Shown here: positions 8,420-17,968 of the stretch, piece after piece | Layout of the letters: each line of letters begins with the position of its first letter | Position numbering within the stretch: position 1 is the first letter of the stretch | IMG/VR virus record: IMGVR_UViG_3300017778_005394 | Location: 1-32,761 of that record | DNA from: a virus | Taxonomy: Duplodnaviria; Caudoviricetes | Direction: 5' to 3' (one strand) | DNA length: 32,761 nucleotides | Translations under genes and position numbers: made by a program | Notes under the pieces: model-generated | What the model was told of the DNA's origin: nothing | Database searches by the model: none | What the model saw: only the letters and a program-made list of their open reading frames with translations

Positions 8420-10963
8420 TTAAATTCTGCCAATATTAGAAATAAAATTTGGGTCCATTAGCCCAGTGCCATCAATGTCATAATCAACTGGACGCTGCCA
8501 GACGATTTCAAACAAGATTTCTTGTGATTCAAGATTTATTGTGCCATCAGGATTAAATGCACTGAAACTAAATGTGCGTGGGTCGTTGCCACGGAATATC
8601 TCACCCTGTGCTATCCAAGCCGGATCACCAAGAATTTTTATTTTGACTTTGCCAATGTCACCTGGGCTGTAAAGATAATCTGCGGCGTTGGCTGCTGGTT
8701 CGTTGGATTTACCTTGTGCACCTTGTGAACTTTGCCCACTGGCGGGTTGATAAACAAACCTTGGTATGTCAGTGAGATTACTGGTAACCTGTGTTGCTAG
8801 TTGCTCAGCTGATCCACTCACCACTGTATAATAGAGATTGTCAAAATTTTGTTGATAGTCCAACACTGCGGTATTCTGTCCAGTGAACCAATAGGGGTAG
8901 CTTTTATGCACACCACGAAACCGTGTACGTGGAAACCAAGCACTTATCAAGGATTTTACTTCGTAGATGCTGACCATGAAAGTAAATCTGTAAGGATAAT
9001 CACCACGCTTGGGATCTATCTGGGTACCAATGGGTTCAGCTTTGACTGATATTTTAAACCAAGCAAAATTCTTTATAGGAGTGCCGTTGGGTTTTTCCTG
9101 TTGTGTTTCTTCATCAACAATTTTAAGTTGCTGGTCTATGATATAACTGCTGTTACGCACAGTCATTTCAATGGCTTGAATTATGCTTTGCCCGGGACGT
9201 ATTCCAAAATTTCTCTGTGACGGAGTCATCTGATTCAAAGCACTATCTAATTTTCTAGCCCCTGCACTGTTGTCCATGGGAGTAAAGTCAATGGCCAAAT
9301 CCCCAGGTTTCTTTATTGTGGCATTGGCAATACTGTTGTTGGCAAATTCAATCACAAATTCGTCAGGCTTGGTGTAGATGCCTTGTTTTACCAAGTTGGC
9401 CTGAAATTCATTCATGGCCTGCATTAACCCCCGTGCTTTGGTATTGGTACCTTGTGGAGCTGACGCTGCAGTGCCTGGCGCATCTATTGACGGTGCGGCA
9501 TTGACTGTGGTGTTTGTTTTACTGGGATCATCGCCCTTTAATGGAAAACCACTGGCGCCGGTTCCTGGCGATCGTGGACTGGTTGAAGTTTTTTTGCCGC
9601 CGCTGGCCTGACTGGTGGTATTATTCCTGACACCCTCGGAGTTGCTGGTGGTTATTTTTTGTCCTCCCAGCATTTCACTCACTGTACTACCAGTAATTTC
9701 TACATCATAAGGAATTGTTTGTCTGAGCCTAAACAAGTAAGGTATAGCAGCCCCGTTTATTTCATAGGTGCTCAATTTGTTGCTGACGGAGAATTTAATA
9801 TCTGTTATACCGAACGGAATGTATTTGATTACAATAGAGTACGGATCTGTTTTTGACCCACCACTGTCACTCTTGCCCACCAACACTGGGTTTCCATCTG
9901 CATCGTATCCACGAAACCGTACCACCAAACAATAGATAGCCGAACTAAATGCCTGTAGTCCTGCATACGCCTGTACCGCGTCTTTGAGATTATCAATTAA
10001 ACTTATTCCATTGGGTTCAATTACTGTCATTTTAAGGTTGGTGCTGGCACTGGCCATACCAGTGCCTTTGCCGGGCAACACATTTTTTATTGACAGACTG
10101 TCAATATAGTAATCAAGCGTGAAATAAGGATTCCTACTTCGTACTGTAGAAGTTTGACCATTGACTGTGGCTGTAATGTCACTTACATTTTGTGCACCAC
10201 CGCTTTGTATCAACAGTTGCCCACCATCAATCCCAGTATCACCAGCGGCAATATTTTCATTACGTCCGCTTTGAATTAATTTTCTATAGTCATCAGTGTT
10301 CAACAAATACAAAGAAATCTGATAGGTGTAACTGGCATAGTCATCTAGTACATTTGGTTGTGGTTCAATATTTTCTTGGAAGCTGAGTTCAATGTCCTGT
10401 CGTGTGGCATTTTTTGTGGGACTGGCATCATCATTGCCTTGTCCCACACCTGGGCCGTAACTGGATGTTGGTTTTGCATCGTTGCCTTGATTGGCCTGCT
10501 GAGTATTGGGATCCAACAGTTGAGATCCTTGGCCGGGTGGGTTATTGACTGCCTGTGTTGCTGTGATAGGTTTGGTTTCACTGGCCAAGCCTGCATCTGC
10601 AGAAGTGTCATTGGTTTTGGGTTTGTCGGCAGTGCTGCCTGAGTCGGGGAGATCATTGCGATTGATTCTGCCGTCGGGCTCCAGCACTTGTGTGGGTTGT
10701 GGTGGATTTGTAACACTTGCCTCACCTGATTGTTTGACTTCTTCGCCGGCACTTTGAGCTTTGTTTTGTTGGCGTAGTTGTGCTTCTATGGATCTAGCTT
10801 GTTCCTGTAATGCTGCTTTTTCGCTAGGCAGGAGATTAGGCAGCGATCTAATAGCGTCATTTGCAGCCCCTAATGGGTCAAATCCATAATAAATCTTGCC
10901 TGTGGCATCATTAATGACTTTCCAACCGCCTGTACCTGAATCCTGTTCAAATGTAAAAGCCAT
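8420..10963 (-). CDS. Baseplate hub protein, gp27/gpD-like (N-terminal and main part)
   Basis: 847 aa with NVLDDYASYTY, VIEPNG and KIKILGDPAWI motifs. Lies between the gp53-like and gp5-like genes. Confidence 0.65.
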   Translation of the reverse strand: MAFTFEQDSGTGGWKVINDATGKIYYGFDPLGAANDAIRSLPNLLPSEKAALQEQARSIEAQLRQQNKAQSAGEEVKQSGEASVTNPPQPTQVLEPDGRINRNDLPDSGSTADKPKTNDTSADAGLASETKPITATQAVNNPPGQGSQLLDPNTQQANQGNDAKPTSSYGPGVGQGNDDASPTKNATRQDIELSFQENIEPQPNVLDDYASYTYQISLYLLNTDDYRKLIQSGRNENIAAGDTGIDGGQLLIQSGGAQNVSDITATVNGQTSTVRSRNPYFTLDYYIDSLSIKNVLPGKGTGMASASTNLKMTVIEPNGISLIDNLKDAVQAYAGLQAFSSAIYCLVVRFRGYDADGNPVLVGKSDSGGSKTDPYSIVIKYIPFGITDIKFSVSNKLSTYEINGAAIPYLFRLRQTIPYDVEITGSTVSEMLGGQKITTSNSEGVRNNTTSQASGGKKTSTSPRSPGTGASGFPLKGDDPSKTNTTVNAAPSIDAPGTAASAPQGTNTKARGLMQAMNEFQANLVKQGIYTKPDEFVIEFANNSIANATIKKPGDLAIDFTPMDNSAGARKLDSALNQMTPSQRNFGIRPGQSIIQAIEMTVRNSSYIIDQQLKIVDEETQQEKPNGTPIKNFAWFKISVKAEPIGTQIDPKRGDYPYRFTFMVSIYEVKSLISAWFPRTRFRGVHKSYPYWFTGQNTAVLDYQQNFDNLYYTVVSGSAEQLATQVTSNLTDIPRFVYQPASGQSSQGAQGKSNEPAANAADYLYSPGDIGKVKIKILGDPAWIAQGEIFRGNDPRTFSFSAFNPDGTINLESQEILFEIVWQRPVDYDIDGTGLMDPNFISNIGRI

Positions 10964-10966
10964 ATG

Positions 10967-11266
10967 TTAGAACCCCAGCACTGAACGCAGCGTTGTAATC
11001 TTTGGAAGATAAATTTCCACACCAACTTTGAAATCCAAGGGCGGCGCTGCAAGTGTGTTGGGGTTGCGTTGATAGAACACCCACCACAATGAAGGAGTTT
11101 CATACAAGTCATAGGCCAACAAGTCTGGCCTATATTCGTACACTGTGTTGATCCTCATCAGCAAATCATCGCTCTCTTTGGGTATGGGACGATTGATCAT
11201 GAGATCAAGATAGTATTGTGTATATCCTGTGTTGTAATATGGGCTCGTAGCTGAATATGTTGGCAT
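10967..11266 (-). CDS. Baseplate wedge protein, gp53/LysM-like
   Basis: 99 aa with the YRPDLLAYDLY....LWWVF...N motif. Confidence 0.8.
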   Translation of the reverse strand: MPTYSATSPYYNTGYTQYYLDLMINRPIPKESDDLLMRINTVYEYRPDLLAYDLYETPSLWWVFYQRNPNTLAAPPLDFKVGVEIYLPKITTLRSVLGF

Positions 11267-13380
11267 TACCAGAATCCTCCGCGCAATAGCTTACCTTGTG
11301 CAAATTCTCTTACACTGAACTGTTTGCTCATCTGACTACGGCTCTGTATTGGTATCAATGTCAATTGTATTTCCATATGTGTTGGCACGTAAGTTGAATT
11401 GTTGCCACCTAACTCAGTTGAATTTCCAGCAGTGTCAAATGAGGACATTGCCTTGGCCTGCGGCAATGCGCCTTTGGGCGTAAAAATAGTTTTTAATCTA
11501 GATATCGCCGAATAAATTGGCGATGTGCTAGTGGGTGTATTGCTTTGACGATCTCTGCGAGTAATCAAATTGGTGTTGGTGACAGTTACACTGCCTGCTC
11601 GTATGTAGTCAACATCTGCTGGGAGATTGTAATTAAAACTCTCCAAAACACAGGGATGCAAATGGTATTGATATTGTCCATGCCCTGACAGGTATAGGAT
11701 CGGTGGCGGTGTGCCAGCCTGTGCATCTTGTCCATAAAACATCTTTGTGGCACTCTTGAAAAAATGTATCACAGCCAACAGGTAATTGGCTTCGTTGGTA
11801 TCTTGTGCTGTAAATGTTGCGGTGATTGATATTTCACCAGGACTGGAGTTTTTATAAAACAACCCACGCATATTGCTGTGAGTCATGTCATACTTGTCAT
11901 AGTTGGCTCGGTAACTGGTCTGTATTGCCGGAGTGTAGGGAAATATCACTCCGTTGGTAATGTTCAATGGGTAAAGTATCTCACCAGGTGCTGCCACTTT
12001 GTATAGGTACTGTGCCTGCTGCGACAAAGCAAGTCTGACTCGCCAATCTTTGTCGTTGAATCCTGACTTCTGTTCACGCAAGGCCTGTTGGTTACGAGCC
12101 TCGTCTTTTAGCTGTTGCTGATTGGCAGCAAACAGATTATTGGGATCAGTGTTTATGAATTCTGGGTTGGTGCCAAAGCCTTGAACGTAACCTGTACCGC
12201 CGTCTGCTGGAGATACCGGACCAGTGTTGATTTGATCAACACTGGGCTCAGGTCTGTCACCATAGGGGTTGGTAAAAGGGTTTTCTTGTGAAGTGGCTGC
12301 AGTTCGCAGCGAGCCACCAATCACAGACTCTTTGTCTCGTTGTTCGTTTTCGTCAGCTATACCACTGAGTGGATCGTCAGCAGGTACACCTTGTTGGAAT
12401 TGATTAACTCCGGTGAATTGTGTTGACACTCCCAAGGCATTGGTATCAGCAACTGGGTCAGGCTCGTTTACAAAAACGCCCGGTGTTGCCAACGCTCTTG
12501 CAGCAGCACCTGGATCTACGCTCACTGGTTGATCGGGCGCATCACGTGTGATAGTTTCAATAATGCCGCGAGATCTATAACCAACAACCTGACCGTCGGA
12601 GTTGAAAACTGCACCAGACTGGCTTTCTGGAGCTTGCTCAAGTGGTGCATTGTCAGCAAAGTTATAAGAGGGAACAAACTGTGCTGGAGAAGTTAGTATG
12701 TTCCCCGTGAATTCCGGAGGCGACTGCGCTATCTCACTTGTTGGCACTTGTTGCCTTGCCCGAGCTTCGTTTACTGCTTGGTTGATAGCATCGTCTTCGG
12801 TGGGTGCCAGCGGCCTCACCTCAAACTCAGGTGTGGGTACTGCGCCGGTTCGGTTGGACTGAGGAACAAATCCAGCGTTGGGATCTACATTGCTGTTGTT
12901 GGCTGTTTTTTCTGACGTAGTTGGCAGTGGCTGGTCTGGGGAAGTGTTTGATGTATTGGGATTTAAAATCTTTTGTGCTGCACGCCCACCTTCCAAAGAC
13001 CCATCGGTGACCGGTTGTCCACTGTCAAGTTTGTTAAAATTGTCACCAAGCTGATTTTTTCTGGCCTCTAACTTGGCAACATCTTCAGGGCTGAGACTTA
13101 TTTTTCCTGTGTTGGCCTGGGCCAGGGTCGCGTCCACTGAAGCAAGTTCAGATTCCACTTGCGCTTGTTGCTTTGCTACCAGCGCACGACGTTCTGGGCC
13201 AGTGAGATTGTTGTTGGGGCTTGACAAGTCTGTGACTGAGCCGCCAGCTGGCGCTGTGGCCGAGTCCGAGGTTGATCTACCACGACGCGGAGGATTTGGT
13301 ATCCCTTGCGCTGTATTAAACGCTTCAAATTCTGCTTGGCTTACAAACTTAGTCTGGCCGTTTTCACTGATAAAAGGCAT
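11266..13380 (-). CDS. Tail-tube initiator/baseplate protein (gp48/gp54-like) with long disordered N-terminal extension
   Basis: The C-terminal ~260 aa contain GVIFPYTP, THSN, ITATFTAQ, PPPIL.L and F.YNLP.DVDY. The N-terminal ~430 aa are P/Q/N/A-rich. Confidence 0.65.
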   Translation of the reverse strand: MPFISENGQTKFVSQAEFEAFNTAQGIPNPPRRGRSTSDSATAPAGGSVTDLSSPNNNLTGPERRALVAKQQAQVESELASVDATLAQANTGKISLSPEDVAKLEARKNQLGDNFNKLDSGQPVTDGSLEGGRAAQKILNPNTSNTSPDQPLPTTSEKTANNSNVDPNAGFVPQSNRTGAVPTPEFEVRPLAPTEDDAINQAVNEARARQQVPTSEIAQSPPEFTGNILTSPAQFVPSYNFADNAPLEQAPESQSGAVFNSDGQVVGYRSRGIIETITRDAPDQPVSVDPGAAARALATPGVFVNEPDPVADTNALGVSTQFTGVNQFQQGVPADDPLSGIADENEQRDKESVIGGSLRTAATSQENPFTNPYGDRPEPSVDQINTGPVSPADGGTGYVQGFGTNPEFINTDPNNLFAANQQQLKDEARNQQALREQKSGFNDKDWRVRLALSQQAQYLYKVAAPGEILYPLNITNGVIFPYTPAIQTSYRANYDKYDMTHSNMRGLFYKNSSPGEISITATFTAQDTNEANYLLAVIHFFKSATKMFYGQDAQAGTPPPILYLSGHGQYQYHLHPCVLESFNYNLPADVDYIRAGSVTVTNTNLITRRDRQSNTPTSTSPIYSAISRLKTIFTPKGALPQAKAMSSFDTAGNSTELGGNNSTYVPTHMEIQLTLIPIQSRSQMSKQFSVREFAQGKLLRGGFW

Positions 13381-13397
13381 AGTTGTTCCTGTTTGTG

Positions 13398-13403
13398 TAT
13401 TTA
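13398..13403 (-). promoter_or_regulatory. Putative late promoter core (TAAATA) for the baseplate operon
   Basis: TAAATA on the minus strand about 18 nt upstream of the 13380 start. Confidence 0.55.
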
Positions 13404-13436
13404 ATCAAAAAATAAACGGCTATGTTTAAGAAATGG

Positions 13437-13464
13437 TTGACTTTTGTTGTAAAAATGCTACAAT
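13437..13464 (+). promoter_or_regulatory. Putative sigma70-type promoter for the late sigma gene
   Basis: TTGACT (13437-42), a 16-nt spacer containing TG, and TACAAT (13459-64). AGGAG RBS at 13477-81. Confidence 0.6.
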
Positions 13465-13488
13465 AAGTACACAATTAGGAGAACATCT

Positions 13489-14382
13489 GTGTCTGTAACT
13501 ATCCCACGTACGGCGCCCCGCGTCAACTATCTAAACAATCGCGACATACTCAAAGAAATACATTTTTCAAAAAACACTTACTGCTCGTTTGTTGATCCGG
13601 CAACTGATCATCAGTTTGATATGATCCTGCCCAGTGTGACAAAAATCAATCAAAAGACTGTGGCCGAAGCTCGTCGCAATCGTGCAGATCGCATCAAACG
13701 TGACACCGGTACAATAGTTGATCCAAAAAAAATACCCAACACTGATTTGGTTTTTAGAATCACAACCTGGGATCATGTGCCCAAAGCTCCCAAAAAAATC
13801 ACCAAGGCAGCAGCAAAGAAAGCCAGCCTGGAAGAACTGTTTGAAATCGTAGACGAGCCTACGGCCGATGATCTAGTAGACGAGCCAGTGTTGGACATGG
13901 CCTATATACGTGTTAATTTTCCTCCGTTCTGGCACTACAGAATTGACGGGAACAAACAACCATTTGTTGTGGGCAAGTCGCACTGGCGAGGTGATCTGGC
14001 CACAGGCGAGTTCTGCAAAGAACACGGGCAAATGACCAAGAAGCTGGCCTTGATGTTTATGAAACTGTGTGAACGTTATGCCACCCGTAGTAACTGGCGT
14101 GGTTATACCTACAACGAAGAAATGCGTGGCCAAGCCTTGTTACAACTCAGTCAGATTGGCCTACAGTTTGATGAGTCAAAGTCACAGAATCCTTTTGCCT
14201 ACTACACTGCTGCCATTACCAACAGCTTTACTCGTATCTTGAACATTGAAAAGAAAATGCAAAACATACGTGATGACATCTTAGAGATGAACGGATTGAA
14301 TCCAAGTTGGACTAGACAAAATTCCGGCAAAAGTCCCGGAGCAGTGATGTCCATTCCGGTTGCAATGCCACAGGACGACTAG
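13489..14382 (+). CDS. Late-transcription sigma factor, T4 gp55-like
   Basis: NYLNN, NWRGYTYNEEM and FDE.KS.NPFAYYT....NSF motifs. Lies directly upstream of gp47/gp46 as in T4-like phages. Confidence 0.85.
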   Translation: MSVTIPRTAPRVNYLNNRDILKEIHFSKNTYCSFVDPATDHQFDMILPSVTKINQKTVAEARRNRADRIKRDTGTIVDPKKIPNTDLVFRITTWDHVPKAPKKITKAAAKKASLEELFEIVDEPTADDLVDEPVLDMAYIRVNFPPFWHYRIDGNKQPFVVGKSHWRGDLATGEFCKEHGQMTKKLALMFMKLCERYATRSNWRGYTYNEEMRGQALLQLSQIGLQFDESKSQNPFAYYTAAITNSFTRILNIEKKMQNIRDDILEMNGLNPSWTRQNSGKSPGAVMSIPVAMPQDD

Positions 14383-14388
14383 TATAAT
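14360..14388 (+). promoter_or_regulatory. Putative sigma70-type promoter upstream of the gp47-like gene
   Basis: TTGCAA (14360-65), 17-nt spacer, TATAAT (14383-88). Confidence 0.55.
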
Positions 14389-14396
14389 GTTGTCAT

Positions 14397-15413
14397 ATGG
14401 CCAACTTATTTAAAAAAGCAGTAGTATTCACTGACATCCACTTTGGACTAAAGTCAAACAGTCAAACCCACAATGATGACTGTTTGGCTTTTGTCAAGTG
14501 GGCAACCAAACTAGCAAAGGAAAACAACTGTGAAACAGCTATGTTTCTTGGAGATTGGCATAATCACCGCGCTAGTATCAATATTGTCACTCTTAACTAT
14601 AGTCTCCGTGCTCTGGAACATCTCAACGACAACTTCGATCGTGTGTTTTTCATTCCTGGCAATCATGACTTATATTATCGTGACCGACGTGATGTCCAAA
14701 GTGTTGAGTGGGCTAAACATTTACCGAATGTGGTCATTTGTAATGATTGGTTACACAGCGGTGATGTTATTGTGGCCCCTTGGTTAGTAGGCGAAGACTA
14801 CAAACGCATACCAAAATTATCAGCCAAGTACATGTTTGGACATTTTGAACTACCGCATTTTAAAATGAATGCCATGGTAGAAATGCCGGATCATGGAGAT
14901 ATCAAACGTGAAGACTTTGGTGGCATTGGACATGTGTTCTCTGGCCACTTCCACAAACGTCAGACTTATAAAAATATCACCTACATTGGCAACTGCTTTC
15001 CGCACAACTTTGCCGACAATTATGATGACGAGCGCGGTGCAATGATCATTGACTGGGGCAAAGAACCTGTGTATCATGCTTGGCCTGATCAACCTCGGTA
15101 TCGTGTGTTGAGACTGTCAGATGTCATTGACAATGCGCCAACAGTATTGGCCAAGAATATGCATGTTAGAGTTGAGCTTGACATAGACATCAGCTATGAA
15201 GAAGCAAACTTTATCAAAGAAACATTTATCAAAGACTATCACCTGCGTGAGATGGCGTTAATTCCCAACAAGAGTGCTGCCATAGATGTTGACATGGCAC
15301 CAGGAGAAATAAGATTTGAGTCAGTGGATCAAATTGTCACAGATCAACTCACCAACATTGAATCTGAATTCTATGATTCTAAACTACTGTTAAAAATATA
15401 TCAAGAACTATAA
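14397..15413 (+). CDS. Recombination endonuclease subunit, gp47/Mre11/SbcD-like
   Basis: Metallophosphoesterase motifs DIHFG, GDW, GNHD and SGHFH. Confidence 0.93.
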   Translation: MANLFKKAVVFTDIHFGLKSNSQTHNDDCLAFVKWATKLAKENNCETAMFLGDWHNHRASINIVTLNYSLRALEHLNDNFDRVFFIPGNHDLYYRDRRDVQSVEWAKHLPNVVICNDWLHSGDVIVAPWLVGEDYKRIPKLSAKYMFGHFELPHFKMNAMVEMPDHGDIKREDFGGIGHVFSGHFHKRQTYKNITYIGNCFPHNFADNYDDERGAMIIDWGKEPVYHAWPDQPRYRVLRLSDVIDNAPTVLAKNMHVRVELDIDISYEEANFIKETFIKDYHLREMALIPNKSAAIDVDMAPGEIRFESVDQIVTDQLTNIESEFYDSKLLLKIYQEL

Positions 15414-15414
15414 C

Positions 15415-16182
15415 ATGGTCGTATACAGCAATTCTTGTAGCTTTGGTGCTCCACAAGAACATCCCACTTACGCCGACTATGTCAGTGAGCATTTCAAAGC
15501 GTCAGTGGTCAATCACGGGCTGATGAATAGCTGCAATCAACGCATCATACGCACTACCTTGCGAGATTTGTTAGAATTAAAAAAACAACATCATGACATC
15601 ACGGCATTGGTTGGATTATCTTTTATTTCAAGAGTCGAACTCTGGCAGTCAGACCTGCCAGCTCAAAGAAACGATGGACATTTTCATTCCATCTGTGTTG
15701 ATCATCAAAAAATTGACTGGAGTCTCAAGGGCCTAATTGATACCCGTGTACCCAACATACATCTCATGACTGATCCTGCAGTGCGAGATTACTACAAAAA
15801 CTGGCTGATACACTATTCACCCGAAGCTGAGATTTCAAATCTATTGACGAACTTATTGATGCTATCAGGGTGGGCAAAACAACACAACATAAATTTGTTG
15901 ATATTTTCAAACGTTGATGTGCTGCCTGCTGCAGATGCTGTGGGATACGATTCCCCTTTCCTGTCCACATTGGTAGAAGAAATACGCCAGGATCCTAGTT
16001 TCGTTGATCCTTGGCAATTTAGTTTTGGCACGTATGTGCTGGCACATGGGTTTCATCCCAAGGACTACCAGTTATATCGCCAACACGGGCACCCTGGACA
16101 ATTGGCACACGAATTTTTTTCTAAATTTTTAATAGATAAGTTAGAAAAAAATAGTTCTTGTGTCACATATACTGTACAATAA
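15415..16182 (+). CDS. Hypothetical protein, possibly SGNH-hydrolase-like
   Basis: 255 aa with N-terminal NSCSF, N.G....N.RI.RT and C-terminal GHPG..AH, reminiscent of SGNH blocks. Confidence 0.5.
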   Translation: MVVYSNSCSFGAPQEHPTYADYVSEHFKASVVNHGLMNSCNQRIIRTTLRDLLELKKQHHDITALVGLSFISRVELWQSDLPAQRNDGHFHSICVDHQKIDWSLKGLIDTRVPNIHLMTDPAVRDYYKNWLIHYSPEAEISNLLTNLLMLSGWAKQHNINLLIFSNVDVLPAADAVGYDSPFLSTLVEEIRQDPSFVDPWQFSFGTYVLAHGFHPKDYQLYRQHGHPGQLAHEFFSKFLIDKLEKNSSCVTYTVQ

Positions 16183-16204
16183 CTGTTATAATAAGGAACC
16201 ACAG

Positions 16205-17968
16205 TTGATTAACATAAAGAATTTAACCGTTAAAAACTTCATGAGTGTGGGCAATGCCACGCAAGCGGTTGACTTTGATCGTCGTGATCTCACCTTGGTG
16301 CTGGGAGAAAATCTTGATCTGGGTGGTGACGGGTCCAGAAACGGTACCGGTAAAACCACTATCATCAATGCCTTGAGTTTTGCCTTGTATGGGCAGGCAC
16401 TGACCAACATTCGCAAAGACAATCTCATCAACAAAACCAACGGTAAAAACATGTTGGTGAGTTTGGACTTTGATCTTGATGGCAAGACCTATCGTGTTGA
16501 ACGTGGTCGCAAGCCCAATATCCTAAAATTTTATGTTGACAACGAACAGACCACTGCTGATGATGAAGCACAAGGTGATTCGCGAGAAACCCAGGACGTC
16601 ATAGAGCGGCTGCTGGGACTGAGTCATGATATGTTTCGTCATGTTGTGGCATTGAATACTTACACTGAACCGTTTTTAAGTCTCAAGGCCAATGATCAAC
16701 GTGTGATCATTGAACAGTTGCTGGGCATTACATTGCTGAGTGAACGTGCTGATCGCATCAAAGAACTCAACAAACAAACCAAAGATGCTATCCAGCAAGA
16801 AGAATTTAGAATACGTGCTGTACAAGAAGCCAATAAACGCATTGAAGAACAAATTGCTGCGGCTCAACGCAGACAAACACTCTGGCAAAAGAAACGCGAC
16901 GAGGACATTGCTGCATTTCAGCTAGCCTACGATGAACTTGGTAAAGTTGACATCGAAGCCGAATTACAAGCGCATCAAGCACTCACTGAATACAACATCA
17001 AGAAAAAAGCCATAGCCGATCTCACAGCCTGGATCAAACGCTGTGAATTAGATGAAGCCAGGGAAAAGAAAGAAATTGCCAAGATAGAGTTGGAAATTGC
17101 CAGCCTTGAACAACACACTTGCCACAGTTGTGGGCAGGCATTTCATGACAGCAAACACGAACAAGTATTAGAAGCCAAAAGAAAAGCATTGTCTGAGGCT
17201 GCAATGCAGGCCCTGTCTACAAACGGTCAATGGATGGAACATACTGACACATTGCAAGAGTTGGGAGAGCTAGGCACTCAGCCCCGTGTGTTTTATGATC
17301 AAGAATCCGACGCCTATGAACATCGTTCAAGCATGGCACATGTGTTGAGTCAGCTCATGTCCAAACAAAACGAAGTTGATCCTTATGTTGATCAAATTGC
17401 TGACATGACTGCACAGGCAGTACAGACCGTTGAGTATGACGCATTGAACGAACTCACCCGGTTGCAGGATCATCAAGAATTTTTGTTGAAGTTGTTGACG
17501 CAGAAGGATTCATTCATACGCAAGAAGATCATTGAACAAAATCTCAGCTATCTCAATGCTAGACTCACACACTATCTTGACAGGATTGGGTTACCGCATA
17601 CAGTGGTGTTTCAAAACGATCTCACTGTGCAAATTGAAGAACTAGGACGTGAACTTGACTTTGATAATTTAAGTCGTGGTGAACGCAATCGTCTCATACT
17701 CAGTATGAGTTGGGCATTCCGTGATGTCTGGGAAAGTTTGTATCGTCCTATCAACTTGTTGTTTATTGATGAGATGATTGACTCAGGCATGGACACTCAA
17801 GGTGTTGAAAGCAGTCTTGCATTGCTGAAGAAGATGAGTCGTGAACGCAATAAAAGTATTTGGTTGGTGTCGCATCGTGATGAACTTGCCGGACGAGTTG
17901 AGAACATTCTCAAGGTTGTCAAAAGCAACGGTTTTACAGAATATAACACGGACGTTGAAACAGTATGA
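16205..17968 (+). CDS. Recombination ATPase subunit, gp46/Rad50/SbcC-like
   Basis: Walker A NGTGKTT, coiled coil with CHSC zinc hook, signature LSRGE, Walker B LLFIDE and SH. The start is placed at TTG 16205, after AAGGA and an extended -10 TGtTATAAT (16184-92). Confidence 0.93.
   Translation: MINIKNLTVKNFMSVGNATQAVDFDRRDLTLVLGENLDLGGDGSRNGTGKTTIINALSFALYGQALTNIRKDNLINKTNGKNMLVSLDFDLDGKTYRVERGRKPNILKFYVDNEQTTADDEAQGDSRETQDVIERLLGLSHDMFRHVVALNTYTEPFLSLKANDQRVIIEQLLGITLLSERADRIKELNKQTKDAIQQEEFRIRAVQEANKRIEEQIAAAQRRQTLWQKKRDEDIAAFQLAYDELGKVDIEAELQAHQALTEYNIKKKAIADLTAWIKRCELDEAREKKEIAKIELEIASLEQHTCHSCGQAFHDSKHEQVLEAKRKALSEAAMQALSTNGQWMEHTDTLQELGELGTQPRVFYDQESDAYEHRSSMAHVLSQLMSKQNEVDPYVDQIADMTAQAVQTVEYDALNELTRLQDHQEFLLKLLTQKDSFIRKKIIEQNLSYLNARLTHYLDRIGLPHTVVFQNDLTVQIEELGRELDFDNLSRGERNRLILSMSWAFRDVWESLYRPINLLFIDEMIDSGMDTQGVESSLALLKKMSRERNKSIWLVSHRDELAGRVENILKVVKSNGFTEYNTDVETV

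Noticed and set aside
8417-8422. Stop-codon readthrough or alternative genetic code joining the hub ORFs
   Set aside because: The downstream ORF is in a different frame (TAA-TC-ATG), and all core genes are intact under the standard code.
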